This document shows positions 24,395 through 36,331 of a stretch of 64,000 nt of DNA, one piece after another. The notes below the pieces were generated by a model that was not told the DNA's origin, made no database searches, and was given only the letters and a program-made list of their open reading frames with translations. The stretch covers positions 12,436-76,435 of the forward strand of contig JALMLS010000325.1 in assembly GCA_038496445.1 (NCBI GenBank). Direction: 5' to 3'. The position numbers were made by a program, and so were the translations under genes. Positions within the stretch are counted from its first letter, which is position 1; each line of letters starts with the position of its first letter. This stretch comes from Trichosphaerium sp. ATCC 40318 (Eukaryota; Protista; Tubulinea).

Positions 24395-25404
24395 TTATTG
24401 AAAGTTGGCAGCGAAAGCAAAGAAATCTTCATGTGCTTTTTCGTATACAGGATCTTTCTTAATTGTCTCGAACAAAGCGCCAACTTTTGTAGGAAGAGCT
24501 ACTTTGTAACCGAAGCTTGTGGCTTGTGCAAGAGAAATACACATTGTGTAATCAGCGATAGATGCAGCTTTACCAACAAGGAAGCCAGAATCTTTGAAAT
24601 AGTTCTTCTCGTAAAACGCCAACTACACCAATTGTAAGAATGTTTTCAACTTCAATGTATGTAACAAAGTTCATGTAGTATTCACGTCAAAAGAAAAAAC
24701 ACGTGACGGTTTTTAGAAACGAGAAAAAAAAAGGAAAATGTTGCGTGAAAAAAGTACCTCAGAACTTAGTTTATCGGTTAGCTCTTTTACTCTCTTTGGG
24801 TCTGAGTCTCTGGCTTTGAATATTTTTGATACTATTACACTCTCAAAAGCGAGGCTGTTGCATGTACCAAACATATCATTACGAATAGATTCGTAAACAG
24901 AGTCAATCTACAAAAGAGAAAATAAGTACAAACGTTTGTTGCAAAAAGGACATTTCTTTGGATTTTTTTTTTCAGTTTTTCAGAAAAAACGTCAACAAAC
25001 GTCATGTCGAAAAAAAAAAACCGTACTGGTGCTAATGCTGCTGCATCGTTTACAGGGTATGCTGGGTTAGGATTTTTGATGCTAAAGTATCTATTCGCGT
25101 GTTATTCTTGTTTTTCTTTAAAAAAAACGTCAAAGTACCTGAGGATAGCGCTAGAGTCGCGTACTACTACATCTCCTTCTGTTACAGCAGGTACTTGGTG
25201 TTTTGGGTTAATCTTCAAGTAAGCTTCTCCTTTGTGCTCTCCTTTGAGTAAATCTACAGGCTATAGTGACGTACTGTGTTAATAAAGGGTTTTAAAGTTG
25301 TTTTAAATAAGTACCTTGAGTGTTACGCTAATGCCAGCGGCAAGAGCTGCTACGTGAGCTACACGACATGGAGCAGAAAGAGCGAGGTAGTGAATAGTTG
25401 CCAT
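24395..25404 (-). CDS. Glutathione S-transferase (theta-like), 5 exons
   Basis: MATIHYLALSAPCRVA...|PVDLLKGEHKGEAYLKINPKHQVPAVTEGDVVVRDSSAILR|YF...FLVGKAASIADY. Confidence 0.92.
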
Positions 25405-25679
25405 TTAGGTTTGTTGTTTGGTTGACTGAATTTATGGTCAAGTTCTGCTTGTTCCACGTGGCCGTGGAACTTTTTCTAAAAAAGGAAAGGCACCCGCGGG
25501 TATATCGGGGTCTAGTAAATCGGAGAGCTAGGAAAATACTCCGCCAGTTTGCCCGCAAATAAAAAAACTCCTCGTAGATGTCGGTGGAAAACATGGCTGG
25601 TCGTAAGCGTAAACACAAAGAAGACAATAAGCGCTTTTGTGACAGCTTTTAAGTTAATCTTTTAATTTGTTTTTGGAAG

Positions 25680-26080
25680 GTACTAAACGCCACTTTCGTA
25701 TTCCATAGACAAATATGGATGTGTTAAAAGAACAACTCTTGCTACTCAATGTATTACATGGCATCACCCTTTCGATTTTTAGAAACTTCACCGAAATTGT
25801 CCATTCTCATGCCATCCCGTATATTTGCCAAAACGTTTACCGACCCTAAGCTGTGGTTTTTACGTTGTCTATTCTTGTACCATCCTTTACGTTCACCGTG
25901 TTTATTACCATCAAACCATGGCACTTAAACTGTCCATGAATTCTCAAAGGAGGTTGATGTTGCTCTATCGTAAACCTTGCTGAATGTAATGGACAGTTGC
26001 AGTGTAGATTTATGAACTAACACTACTAAGTATTAGGTGTTACTTTACATCTCTGGATTCACAGGAGATTGACGTTGTGA
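25680..26080 (-). pseudogene. Decayed MORN-variant repeat gene
   Basis: Minus-strand remnants WFDGNKHGERKGWYKNRQ and GKRFGKYTGWHENGQ, broken by frameshifts and stops. Confidence 0.65.
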
Positions 26081-26294
26081 CAGTCAGATTTTAACGTATT
26101 TTGACAGATTGTATTGCAACCCAGTTTGGTAGCCAAAAATACAACCAAAAGGAAAAACTGGAGTCCTGTTGAGGACATAACATAGGTTAATTATAGCAGC
26201 TATAGTTGCTACAAAACACAATAATGCTTATGGGGCTCTTACAAGCGCCTAGTACATATCTACAGCAAGTAAAGTACCATGTTTTTTATTTGTT

Positions 26295-27585
26295 TTACAA
26301 GTCTATACTCAAAAAATCTTGAGCCATTTCGTCATCTTTCTGTTCGTCTTTTATAATAGCGTCTATGCTTACAATTTCATCAAAACCCCACTTCTTTTTT
26401 ATAGCATCTTTATTGTTATCACGTGATATAATAAGAAATTTTATAGTCCCCCAAAATGCTCCTGCTTGAGCTTCTTTACTCATAAAACTTGTCACATCAA
26501 CATAAAAACAAAACATTCCTCTTGACTACAAAACAATGTGTTAGTATATACAACAACTAGATCATTGCTGAAAATAGAAAAATAACAAGTTAATAAATAT
26601 AATCAGAAACTTTATATCACGTGACAGATGCTTGAAATGAAATACCAAGAAGTTCTTAAAAAAAAACTGGAAAAAAATAGGAAAACCGATTTGTCGAAGG
26701 AATAGTGTTGCACCTCTGCCTCTGTTTTAAGCATTTCTTGTAAATTTTCTAACCTCGGAGAATACGCCATAAAGAAAGTACCTTCTTTAGATAACATTAA
26801 ACCAACAATAGTACATAAATCAATAACAGAATTCTTATAATAAATCAAATCAGATCCAATAATAACATCAAAAAAATCAATCTCAAATGACTTCTTAAAC
26901 ATCTTAGAAGATTCCTTTGACCACTTCAAGCATGACGCCTACACTCAATCCAAAAAAAAGTATCAGCAAGACGATGTATGATAGTACAGTGTATCTCTAA
27001 CCTGAGCTTTAGATGATTTGATGCCATGTTTATCGAGATTTCTTTGTGCCAACTCAACTGTTAGTTCTTCGCCGTCTGTTAATATCATACGCTTACAAAT
27101 ACTGTCCAAACCGCTAAAAACGCCACAAAGACCCGCTCCGCAACCAAGCTCTAGAACAGTCCTATTTATTATTGTATCGTTAGTCCAAACGCTGTGCGGT
27201 ACAACTAGTATGGTTTACTAGCGGTTTGAAGGAGGAAGAGAAAAAGACCACTTTATAAGTCGCTATCTCCGTGTACAGATAGTAAACGTGTTATCGACGC
27301 GTAGGAACGTACTCGTTTTGAAGTAAAGCGCGTTTAGCTAATAAAAAGTAACACATCACTTCAGCGCCACTCCAGATGATCTGGCCTGTCATACATCTGT
27401 TTGTGAAGGTGCTATTCTCTATTTTATTGTATCTTTTTGAACAAAAGTAGTTAGAACTCTTAGTACATAGCAAATTACGCATACTCTAGGGCTTCTGTAG
27501 GTGAAGCAACGAATAAGGAGTATTGTTTGTCTTCTATTGATACAATACGCTCATACGCTTCAGTATTAGTACTATCGATCATCAT
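26295..27585 (-). CDS. Lysine methyltransferase, Methyltransf_16 (METTL21/EEF1AKMT-like) family
   Basis: TGQIIWSGAEVM, VLELGCGAGLCG, LTDGE, LKW and FDVIIGSDLIY motifs across spliced exons. Confidence 0.9.
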
Positions 27586-28125
27586 TGTGTGTTGTCGGCT
27601 ATGGTACTTTATACAACAGAAAATCAAAAGTGGTCTATTTGAAAAAACTGCAACAGTTTGTGAACAAAACGGTAGCTGACTATAACGCCTTTGTATTAGA
27701 AGCCATTTAAATGAACAATAGCTGTTGTTGAACATTATCTTTTTAACCTGCAATTCGAGGCAACTCCACGTGTGTACACCTGCTAATTCCTTGGCGCCAT
27801 CATCTGTTATATATTCACAGCCGTATAAATATAGTGCGTGTTACAAAGGTTCAACACGTTATAGGAAGTTCGACTGTTAATAATCTTGAGAAATTAATGA
27901 CAACGGTGTAAGTTCCGTGGCTCATGTCCAAAATCTTAGGTAAAATCCTATAGATTACAGGATATCTGTCACGAAATTCACGGACGTAAAGAAAGAAAAA
28001 AAAGCGGATAACTACGCTCACAATCAAAACCAAAAACTTTTGTTTTACTATACAAAGATCAACTTGATCAACTTTGTTCAATTCATTTTATTTTTATGTT
28101 GTTTACAATATTAATGCCATTTTAT

Positions 28126-28855
28126 TTATTCTTCTGGCGGTGCACGTGCGTAAACACGTTTATCAAACTTTCCTGCAACATAAAAGTCTTGATAGACTCT
28201 TACACCATTCTCACGCATCTCCAAGAAGTGTTTTTTAAGAGTACCATTATCATCAAACTCCAAACACTCATACTCTCCATCTTTTATAGTAGGCATACAT
28301 CTCTCTAATAAAGTGCCAGTATCCTGGCACCATTTCTGATACTGTACTGCTTTACCATTCTTATAAACACTCTCATTAACACGCTGACCTTTTGTATTCC
28401 ACTCTTTACTTTCACCATGTAACAAACCATCTTCATAAAAGCAATGTATAGCAAGTTTTCCTGATTTTTTATGCCATCCTTTTCTCTCTCCTTGTAATTT
28501 ATCATTATGATAAATTGATATACTTGTCAGTAGACCTGACTCATTCCACCACTTAGATTCACCTTCTTTCTTCCCTTTTACGTATGTTATTCGGTGTACA
28601 AGCTTATTTTTACGATAATAAGTGTATTCTCCGTCTAATAATCCGTTTACGTATGTACACTTTACACGTGGTTCCCACGTTGTATGTGATGTTTTAGCCC
28701 ATTTTATAAAACTTCCGTTTTTTTGAAATGATTCATCATATCTTGATAAAGCGGTTTCTTTACATAGTAAAGGCCATTTTATATAGCAATCTGGTGCACC
28801 TTTGACTTGTTGTATAAGGTGTCTTATTTCAGGAGGAAAGTCAAGGATTCTAACT
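28126..28855 (-). CDS. F-box-like + MORN-variant (YwqK-like) repeat protein; terminal exon, upstream exon not resolved
   Basis: ILDFPPEIRHLI...WPLLCK, then repeats YVKGKKEGESKWWNESG, YHNDKLQGERKGWHKKSG, YEDGLLHGESKEWNTKG. Acceptor TTTTAG at 28856-28861. Confidence 0.75.
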
Positions 28856-29996
28856 CTAAAAAGCAGAGTGAGTTGAAGACAGTGTAAACGGAAAAAATGT
28901 GAAAAAAAAAAGGTGTCTAAAAAGATTCTTTTAGAATCTATTCTACTGAAAACTATACACAGCTCTACGCTAAAAGCACGCAATAATGCTCCCGTTGAAG
29001 AGAGTTAGACTGTTTTTGAGAATCTTTTAAAAAAATGCTTAAACTCAACCGTAGTACTGTATTACAATGAAGTATAATGCGTGACGTGTATTGACGTTGG
29101 TTTAAAGCCGCGTAGACAACTTTCAAGGGAGAATTTTGAAAAAAAAAAAGCAACTACGCAGCGAGTACAGTCTAAGTACTAAGTTTGTAGAGTTCAAAAA
29201 ATACGCGCTACAATACACAAGCATATTTCAGCGAGGTAATGGCGTGCAGACTTGTAGTTTTTACCTTCCAAAACAAAAAAGTTACTTTGACGAGCGTTTT
29301 TATGAGTAATTTTAGTGTACTATGCATTTAGTAAACAATTACTCAGCTGCTGACGCAAAAAAAGCAATAATTATCTTTTTAAAGCGATTGCGCTTTTTTG
29401 GGTTTACGGTTGAAATGCGAGTACTTTCTAGTTATTGTTTTGATAGGTTATACGCAGAAAAACTGATTTTGGTAAATGAACGTTTTGTTGGCTTTTCAAA
29501 AAAAAAGGAAAAGTGTACCCATCTGCAGTTGTTCTTTCTCGTGCTGAATCACTGAGTGCTACAGATACTTTACGTATCGCTTTTGAGGTTGAAGAAGAAA
29601 TCTTTCTGATGGCGGCCATTTGTGCTAATAAAATGTTATGGAAGGTATTGTAGAACGTTTTTGTGGCGTATAGATAGAGTTTAATACTCACTTTGTTATC
29701 CTACCGAACTGATGCGAAGTATTTTTATTCTAACTGGTTAAAAAAGCTCCTTGTACTTGTTAAATGCGAAAAAAACATTTAAGATTACGCACGTACTAAT
29801 CTTGGCGTACTGGTTTTAGTACCCCTTTTTACGCTCAAAAAAAGGATACTGAGTAGAGTGTGAGTGTTTGCGCCTTTTTAGCTGACTATCTGAAAACACT
29901 TAATCGCTGCCAGTTTAAGCCACTTTGTAAACTGGGCTGAGTCACTGCCCACTCAGCATACTACAAAACAATACTGTAATTATTATATAGCCACTG

Positions 29997-31328
29997 ATGA
30001 TGCTTTTGCGAATTGTGGTGTTATGTTTAGCATTTACATCCTGTCTGGCGTACCAATATGGTTACAGCAACGAAGGAAAGAAGGTTTTGTTAACAAGTGT
30101 TCAATCCTTGACGTTACATCGCGGACAACAAACAACTGGACGTAGATCAAGCCCTGTACCACAAGTACGTTGCAATGCGCAAGCTGGCTAAAAGTAATGC
30201 GTTTTATAGCTGAAATGTGTGGGTGGAAGCGCACAACGCAGTAACAGCCAACCAGATGTAGTTCAGGTGCCTACAGATAGTCTATTGAATTATTTTAACA
30301 TAAATTAGTGTTACAACAAAGGAAACAACGGCCAAGACGTTCAATGGAAATGTGACGCCGAATTACCGTCAAACGTACTATTTACATTTTATTATTTTAG
30401 TCTACAGCGTTAATCTCATCATTTAGATAAAATTCGGACGTATTCAAGTAACTTGTGAAGGATACGATGAACCTAACGACCCGTAAGAAGTTTTTACAGA
30501 ATCTCAAAATTGGTTTTTTTCTGTACTCCTTAACGGCGTCTAGATACATACTACAAGGGTCTTGTGGTTTAGAATATAATCTAGAATATACAGGGAACCA
30601 GCGTGGAAGCAATTACGGCGGATACAGTACGTTGTTTTTACTTTAGAACAAAGTGTTTATCTTTGAACTTAGATCAAGGCTATGGCGGTTATAACTCGTA
30701 TAATACGCGCTCTGGATCTAGTTGGGGTAGCCTTATAATGTTTATTGCACTAGCTGCCATTGCATACGGCATGTGGAACTCATGTGCAAGGGCACAGGGT
30801 GGACGCAGACCAGGATATGGTACTATTTTCTTTGCTCATTTTTAATTACCGTTGTTTACCTTATTAATGACTAGGTGGTGGTCCAACAGGCGGTGGATTC
30901 CCTGGTGGACACGGTGGACCACCTGGTGGATATGGAAATGGATACAATAGAGGATCAGGAGGGCCATATAACTGTAAGTGATTTACAAGATAAACAAGAT
31001 TTGCTTAATATTCTATAGGTAATCCGCAACCTCCAAGGCAGTATGGTCGTGGTGGTAATGGATTCTGGGGTGGTATGGCTACTGGTGGTATGTTAGGATA
31101 CCTTTTGGGTGGCGGTAGACGCTATGGAGGTTATGGTGGTTATAATAGATTCGGTGGGTATGGTGGATATCGCCAAAGACCAAGTTTTGGTAGCTCGTAA
31201 GTTAACTGTTTTTTTTTTGAAATCATTTCCTCGTTGTTAAGTTAATTGTTAGATGGGGGAGCTCTGGTGGTTCTTTTGGTGGTGGTTCTAGAAGGTCTAG
31301 TGGATTTGGTGGGACTTCTAGGAGATAG
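29997..31328 (+). CDS. SARAF: Store-operated calcium entry-associated regulatory factor (TMEM66)
   Basis: Signal peptide, KVLLTSVQSLTLHRGQQTTGRRSSPVPQ|LKCVGG, QWKCDAEL, CEGYDEPNDP|YILQGSCGLEYNL, GFWGGMATGGMLGYL, ending SGFGGTSRR*. Confidence 0.93.
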
Positions 31329-31648
31329 CCACTTTGTTTTTAAAACGTGTAGAAAAAAAGTTAAAAAATGGAATACATGTACATTGTTCATAGTCGTCTA
31401 TCTTGCTTTTTGTGGAAGTCTCCAGCTGTTTGCCTGGTAATTTTTTTGAAGTACTGTCTTACTCATTATAACTTCAATGATTATCTATTTTTCAATATCA
31501 CGTGGAGGATATTGCGGGCGTACTGATATTCCGGGTTACAGAGCGAAAAATGTTTTGCAAATTTTTTATTGATTGCACTGTATCACGTGTAGTTTTTTTG
31601 AAGATCAAGCTAACACTAGTGTAAGTAATATACTCACTACTTTCAACA

Positions 31649-32173
31649 TCAAAGTTGACGTTGCAGCTGTTCATCAAGTTGAGCAATCTTCTTATAAATA
31701 AAATCAGTTTTTTCTTTGTTAAACACAAACCTCGTTCCAACAGTCTTTTCTGCCCAACCTTTTGCACTTTTTTGACCGTACTCTTGTGATATCGCTGTCC
31801 AATCGCAAACCATCTCAATAAGGTCAATTACAGTCATATCATTTGCGTCTTTGTGGAATTCTGGATGATGCCTGTTAATGGTTACGTGGTGATGAGCAGC
31901 GATACGAACACTCTCTTCAACGCCCTTTGGGTACTCGAAGGGTTCACCAGCGTGCTTACAACGATAATATTCTGTTAACCAGATGTAAGGCGTGCGTTCA
32001 GGCTCTTTAAACTTTGATTCGTCGTGAATATCTCCTCTCTCCTTTAAATCGGCCGCGTATTCAGGTAGTACCTTCGCCATAGCGCTTAGATTGCTTCTAA
32101 CGCGATTGATATGTTCCAAGGTACGTTTCTCAAAAAAAGCAATCATTTCGGGTGTAGGTGTGCTGTCTGTCAT
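31649..32173 (-). CDS. DUF5662-like HD-type protein (phage/giant-virus/bacterial type), intronless
   Basis: HINRV...HDESKF.EPE...HHHVTINRHHPEFH...MTVIDLIEMVCDW motif set. Confidence 0.75.
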   Translation of the reverse strand: MTDSTPTPEMIAFFEKRTLEHINRVRSNLSAMAKVLPEYAADLKERGDIHDESKFKEPERTPYIWLTEYYRCKHAGEPFEYPKGVEESVRIAAHHHVTINRHHPEFHKDANDMTVIDLIEMVCDWTAISQEYGQKSAKGWAEKTVGTRFVFNKEKTDFIYKKIAQLDEQLQRQL

Positions 32174-33120
32174 TCTGTAGGTTTATTCTGCTAATGACAG
32201 GCGTAATTAGTTCTATGAACGGTTTGCTGGTAAGCTAGAATGAATTTATTCAGAAAAAACTGAGTGCCTTATCGCGTGTCTTAAGATCGCGTGAGGGAAA
32301 TTCTGGTCTATATTTTATCAGTTTACACTCATTTCGCAGTGTGATGCATGCCAATATGAAATAAAGCGAGGAAAAAAAACCAACTTAAAGTTTGTTGCAT
32401 TTTTTTTGCGAACCGTTGTGGAATCACGTGCTAGCAGGTTTAAAGTTCGGTGTTTTAAAGTACGTACATTATAGTTGTACATTATTTACAGATGCTTTAG
32501 GTTGTTACGTATTGTGAACGCCAGCGTGTAGTGACACATTTTCACGGATTGTTTAAAATAACATGACTTGATGTGACTGAGTTGTGATTTGTACATTGTA
32601 TTCATGTGAGGTTGTCAACGAAGGGACGTGGCGCACTACTAAGAAGTAGGAATGACCTTTTAAAGTGAATGAAACTTCTATAGATGGACAAGAGTGCGTT
32701 TAGAACGGGAAAACAAGTCAACAAGTTGAAAAGAAAAAAAAAAAGCAAGAAAAACACCTTAAAATGCAGGCACAGATGTGACGACAAACTAGCGGGAATG
32801 ACGGCTATACACTTGCGAGAATAAGGTAAAAACATTTAAAAACCTTTTATACGCTTCATCATACACTCTACAGCGCTACAAGGCATCGAGTCACGTGAAC
32901 TTTTTTTTATTTTTTGTTATTCCTCGTACGTTGGTCTCGAGCGCCTTGTTGCCTCGGTCACACAAAGTCACGCCGGAAGGGAACGAAAAACACTGATAGG
33001 TTTCAATTTCGCAAAAGTATGCTTAAAAAACACGTTCTAACCACGTGGTAGTGTCCTTTAAATCAAAAAATTTTCAAATAATGACTGACATCAAAAAAAC
33101 CATCTTATTGCCTTTTCTAG

Positions 33121-34007
33121 GTTACTAGGAAACACTTATCGTAAAAGGATAAAAGTGGGCACAAAAGTTCTTGATATAACGTCAAGGTGAAGTCATCTGT
33201 GACATTTCAACGGATATTTTATTGTCCTCCACAGAAAATTCAACGAAGCTCATCATGGACACGTCTTTTCAGCCTACGAATACCATAAAGGTACGTAAGC
33301 ACATGATTAAAATCTTTTACCAACCGGTAGTGGAATTCACCGTAACCTCCTTGCTCTGGTTGTAGAGCTCAAGGAGCACCTCCTGAAAATACAAGTTTGA
33401 ACACTTTTTTTTTTTTGGTTGCTTTATCTTCAGCTTGTTGTTGATATACTACCTTCTCTCTTTATCTTTTTATGCGTTATTAATGTGTTACAGGTATGCA
33501 TTAACCAGGGCCACTTTAACATTGCCCCAAAGTCTCAGTATCTATACTACCTACAAAGAAACGCAGTGGTTAGAAGCAACGTAAAACATAACAACCTAAA
33601 GAGACCACGTGAACAGAAAGTTAAAAAAACACCTTTCAGTACGTTTACGTATTCGGGTTTACACTCTAAAACGAGAAGCAAACTGTGTAGTTTAATATAA
33701 TTAGCTACGCAGTTTGGTGGAAGTTTTTTTTTCGAAAGAAAAAATTGAATTACTAAAACCTTTCTTAGAAGGTCGTTTCAGCGCCATCAAGCGCCTTCCA
33801 CAGGACCGTAAACATGTTCGTATACAGCTACACAATTTAAAGCGTCATTTGGAAGGAAGATGGCAACTAAAGGTCTTCAGAACTTCTCCTTTCGTAAACG
33901 ACCATTATCCGGGTAGTGATTGTGAGTTTATCACGTGGCACTTTCCTCCTACGGGTAGCAATGTTCAATCAGCTTTCACTAAACTACCAGGAAACCTGAA
34001 AGCGTAA
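33121..34007 (+). CDS. Hypothetical spliced gene; only the last exon is clear
   Basis: Alternating exon-like blocks and GT-AG intron-like blocks; terminal exon GRFSAIKRLPQDRKHVRIQLHNLKRHLEGRW...LKA*. Confidence 0.35.
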
Positions 34008-35025
34008 TATATATGTAATACGCTGTATAACCTATGTGTACATAATGTAAATAAACAACTTGTCATTCTTTGTAAACTTCTATTGATCTTTTTCATTTTT
34101 TTTTTTTTTTTGTAAAATAGAAAGCTTCAATTTAAAGCGGAAACACCTTTGTACGCTTAGAGGTTAGTGTATAATTGTCTTGTAGTTTATTTATGTCTAT
34201 TACAATAATGTTTTGTCATCTCAAAATAACAAGTAAGAATTATCACGTGGGGCAGTTGCTACGCTCACAATACGCCAAGGCTTGTTTTCAGACAAGTATA
34301 AATTTGTAGTTTTTACAGTGTACACATTAATCCATAGCGCCAAATTACGTAATTCTGACAACGACAATAACTTTGTAGTTTATAGAAAAGGGTGCACTAT
34401 ATCTGTAGGTACTGAGTCAGCATGGGTTTTTTTTTAGACATGTTTTGGACATTCAGTAGTTCATTGGTTCATTATTTGTTCTCTGAGTCAGTTCATTAGC
34501 TTACACTGAACTAAACCTTCGATCGCCATAAACCATGACCCGTTCACTTTTTATAGATCACGTCGAAGCCTTTAGACCCAGTGATGACGCTGGGGCATCA
34601 AGCAATAAAGTGTCCTTTTGGTTTTATTTTTCGGTTATGTGACATAGTTGTTTTTAAGTTATTACGACGTTTACTTCATTTTTGCGGCACGAAAAACTGC
34701 ACAAAGCTACGAACACGTGTTGATAAACAAATACACGACGTTACAGGCTGAATTGTAGAATTCCACATGACAGGTCAAGAAAGACATTGTTAAAACACAA
34801 CAAAAAGAGCAAGCAAACATAAACTCCGTCAACACAGCTTTTGTGTTCGTTATTTTTTAAAACGTGACTGACGCAGTCGCTGGTAAAGCAAAAGTTCCCT
34901 ATTTGTAGTCTATAAACAGCACCAAACAGATGAAATGAGTCGACATTTTGGAGTTTTGAACCGGCAGTCAAAGAGATTAGTGTTGACTTTCTAAAACTGA
35001 CAATAGAACCCTAACTTCGCCTTCA

Positions 35026-35447
35026 ATGAGTCTATTCGATGACCTTTTAGATGAACTAGATGATGAGAAAGATCTTAAAGCGTAAGCGTTTCATACCACG
35101 TGACAATTTAATCATTTCGGTTTTTTTTTATTTTGTAATTAGTTAATTATTGTTTTTGAACAGAGATAAAGAGCGTCCTGATTGTGCAAAGTGTGGAAAG
35201 CGTATTAGAGTAGGAGAAAAAATATTAGAGGCTTTAGATGACTATTGGCATCAAAAATGTTTTAACTGTAGCACGTGCTCTCAGTGGCTTGCGTACGAAC
35301 CGGTTTTTTTTTTGCAAAATTTATTTTCACGTTTATACACGTATTCTAGAGTATAACGTGCGTAGGTATGGAGAATACTATGATTATAACGGTCAACCAT
35401 ATTGTGTAGGGTGTTATAAATCAAAAGAAGCTGGAAAAGCGTACTAA
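35026..35447 (+). CDS. Small single-LIM-domain protein with an LD-motif-like acidic N-terminus
   Basis: MSLFDDLLDELDDEKDLKA|DKERPDCAKCGKRI...ALDDYWHQKCFNCSTCSQWLA|YGEYYDYNGQPYCVGCY. All 8 zinc ligands present. Confidence 0.88.
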
Positions 35448-35677
35448 TATAACTGTCATTGGGTAAGGGCACGTGTGGAGTTAAAAACATAAGAAGTTTT
35501 GCTTGTACAAACAAAATACTGAGCTAAAAGCGGAGCCATTTGTTTCCAATCACAAAATTGTCACGTGTTATTGCTATTATCACGTTTTGTTACTATTTTA
35601 GGTTAAAGAACAATATTCTACCAGTGTTCCTTCAAACTTGTTTACAATTGCAGTTAGAGGTGATCGCTAACCGGCTA

Positions 35678-35688
35678 TAACCGCATAA
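35678..35688 (+). promoter_or_regulatory. Putative snRNA-type upstream sequence element (USE/PSE)
   Basis: TAACCGCATAA lies 55-65 nt upstream of the structured RNA and resembles ACCCATAA-type USEs of ciliate/algal snRNA and telomerase RNA genes. Confidence 0.45.
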
Positions 35689-35742
35689 GAAAAATAAGGG
35701 AAAACGACGCGGTCGTCAGAACAGGGTGACTCAACATTAGAC

Positions 35743-35972
35743 AGGTTTGGGCTTGAAAAGGTACAAAACCCAAGACGCTATGCCAGAGTGCTTAGCCCCC
35801 GTGTACCCCGAGAAGGAGTTGGGAGCGCAGCGGTGGTGGCGGGTTGTCTTAGGAAATGACGTGATTTATTTAGGGAGTACTCGGAGGGTGTTAGTCGATA
35901 GGGATCGAAAGCTAGTGTTGGTCGCTTTCCAACTCCCTCGCCTTTTCTCAGGCATAAAACTCAAACCTTTTT
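35743..35972 (+). ncRNA. Structured Pol III-type ncRNA; candidate telomerase RNA
   Basis: G-rich island. 5' AGGTTTGGG/GCTTGA/AAAGG pairs with 3' CCTTT/TCAGGC/CTCAAACCT. Template-like CAAAACCCAA at 35764-35773. Stem CGAG..GGAGTTGGGAGCG (35809-35827) pairs with CGCTTTCCAACTCCCTCG (35923-35940). Ends in TTTTT. Confidence 0.6.
35968..35972 (+). terminator. Pol III oligo-T terminator
   Basis: T5 run at the base of the terminal helix of the ncRNA candidate. Confidence 0.5.
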
Positions 35973-36331
35973 GCATTTTTTTGCTTGATACTAGGCTTTG
36001 GAGCTATGTGTCGAACATAAAACGACTTTCAAAGCCATTGAGAGCATGTAGAACTTTAAAAAAGGATGTTGTGTCATGGTACAACACCAACAAAATCTCA
36101 CATTTTACAACTGTTTGTTAGTCTGTGCATTTCTCTTTTCCCTACACTGGTGCTTTTCACAAGACATTTTTCACCTACGCCTGGTTCTTTAAGCAAGACA
36201 TCTTTATCACGTTAGAAAGTCGCCGACTTAAGGGCATTTATTATTGCCCCTTAAGTGTGCTGCAACGTCAAAAAAAAAACTTGCAAGAAAGTCGTTTTTT
36301 GATGTTTGACCTGTTTTGAAAACCGTTTTAA

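Noticed and set aside
34576-34594. CCCAG-TGATGACG-CTGGG hairpin with a box C-like motif
   Set aside because: Too short, with no suitably placed box D; compatible with chance.
35743-35972. SRP RNA, RNase P/MRP or U3 as the identity of the structured RNA; also the overlapping 124-aa ORF 35747-36121
   Set aside because: No helix-8 CAGG-GNRA-AGCA motif or Alu UGUNR. The minus-strand ACACGGGGGCT recalls MRP CR-V, but no matching GAAAGTCCCC CR-I exists. No U3 box A. The ORF starts with TTG and has no protein features.
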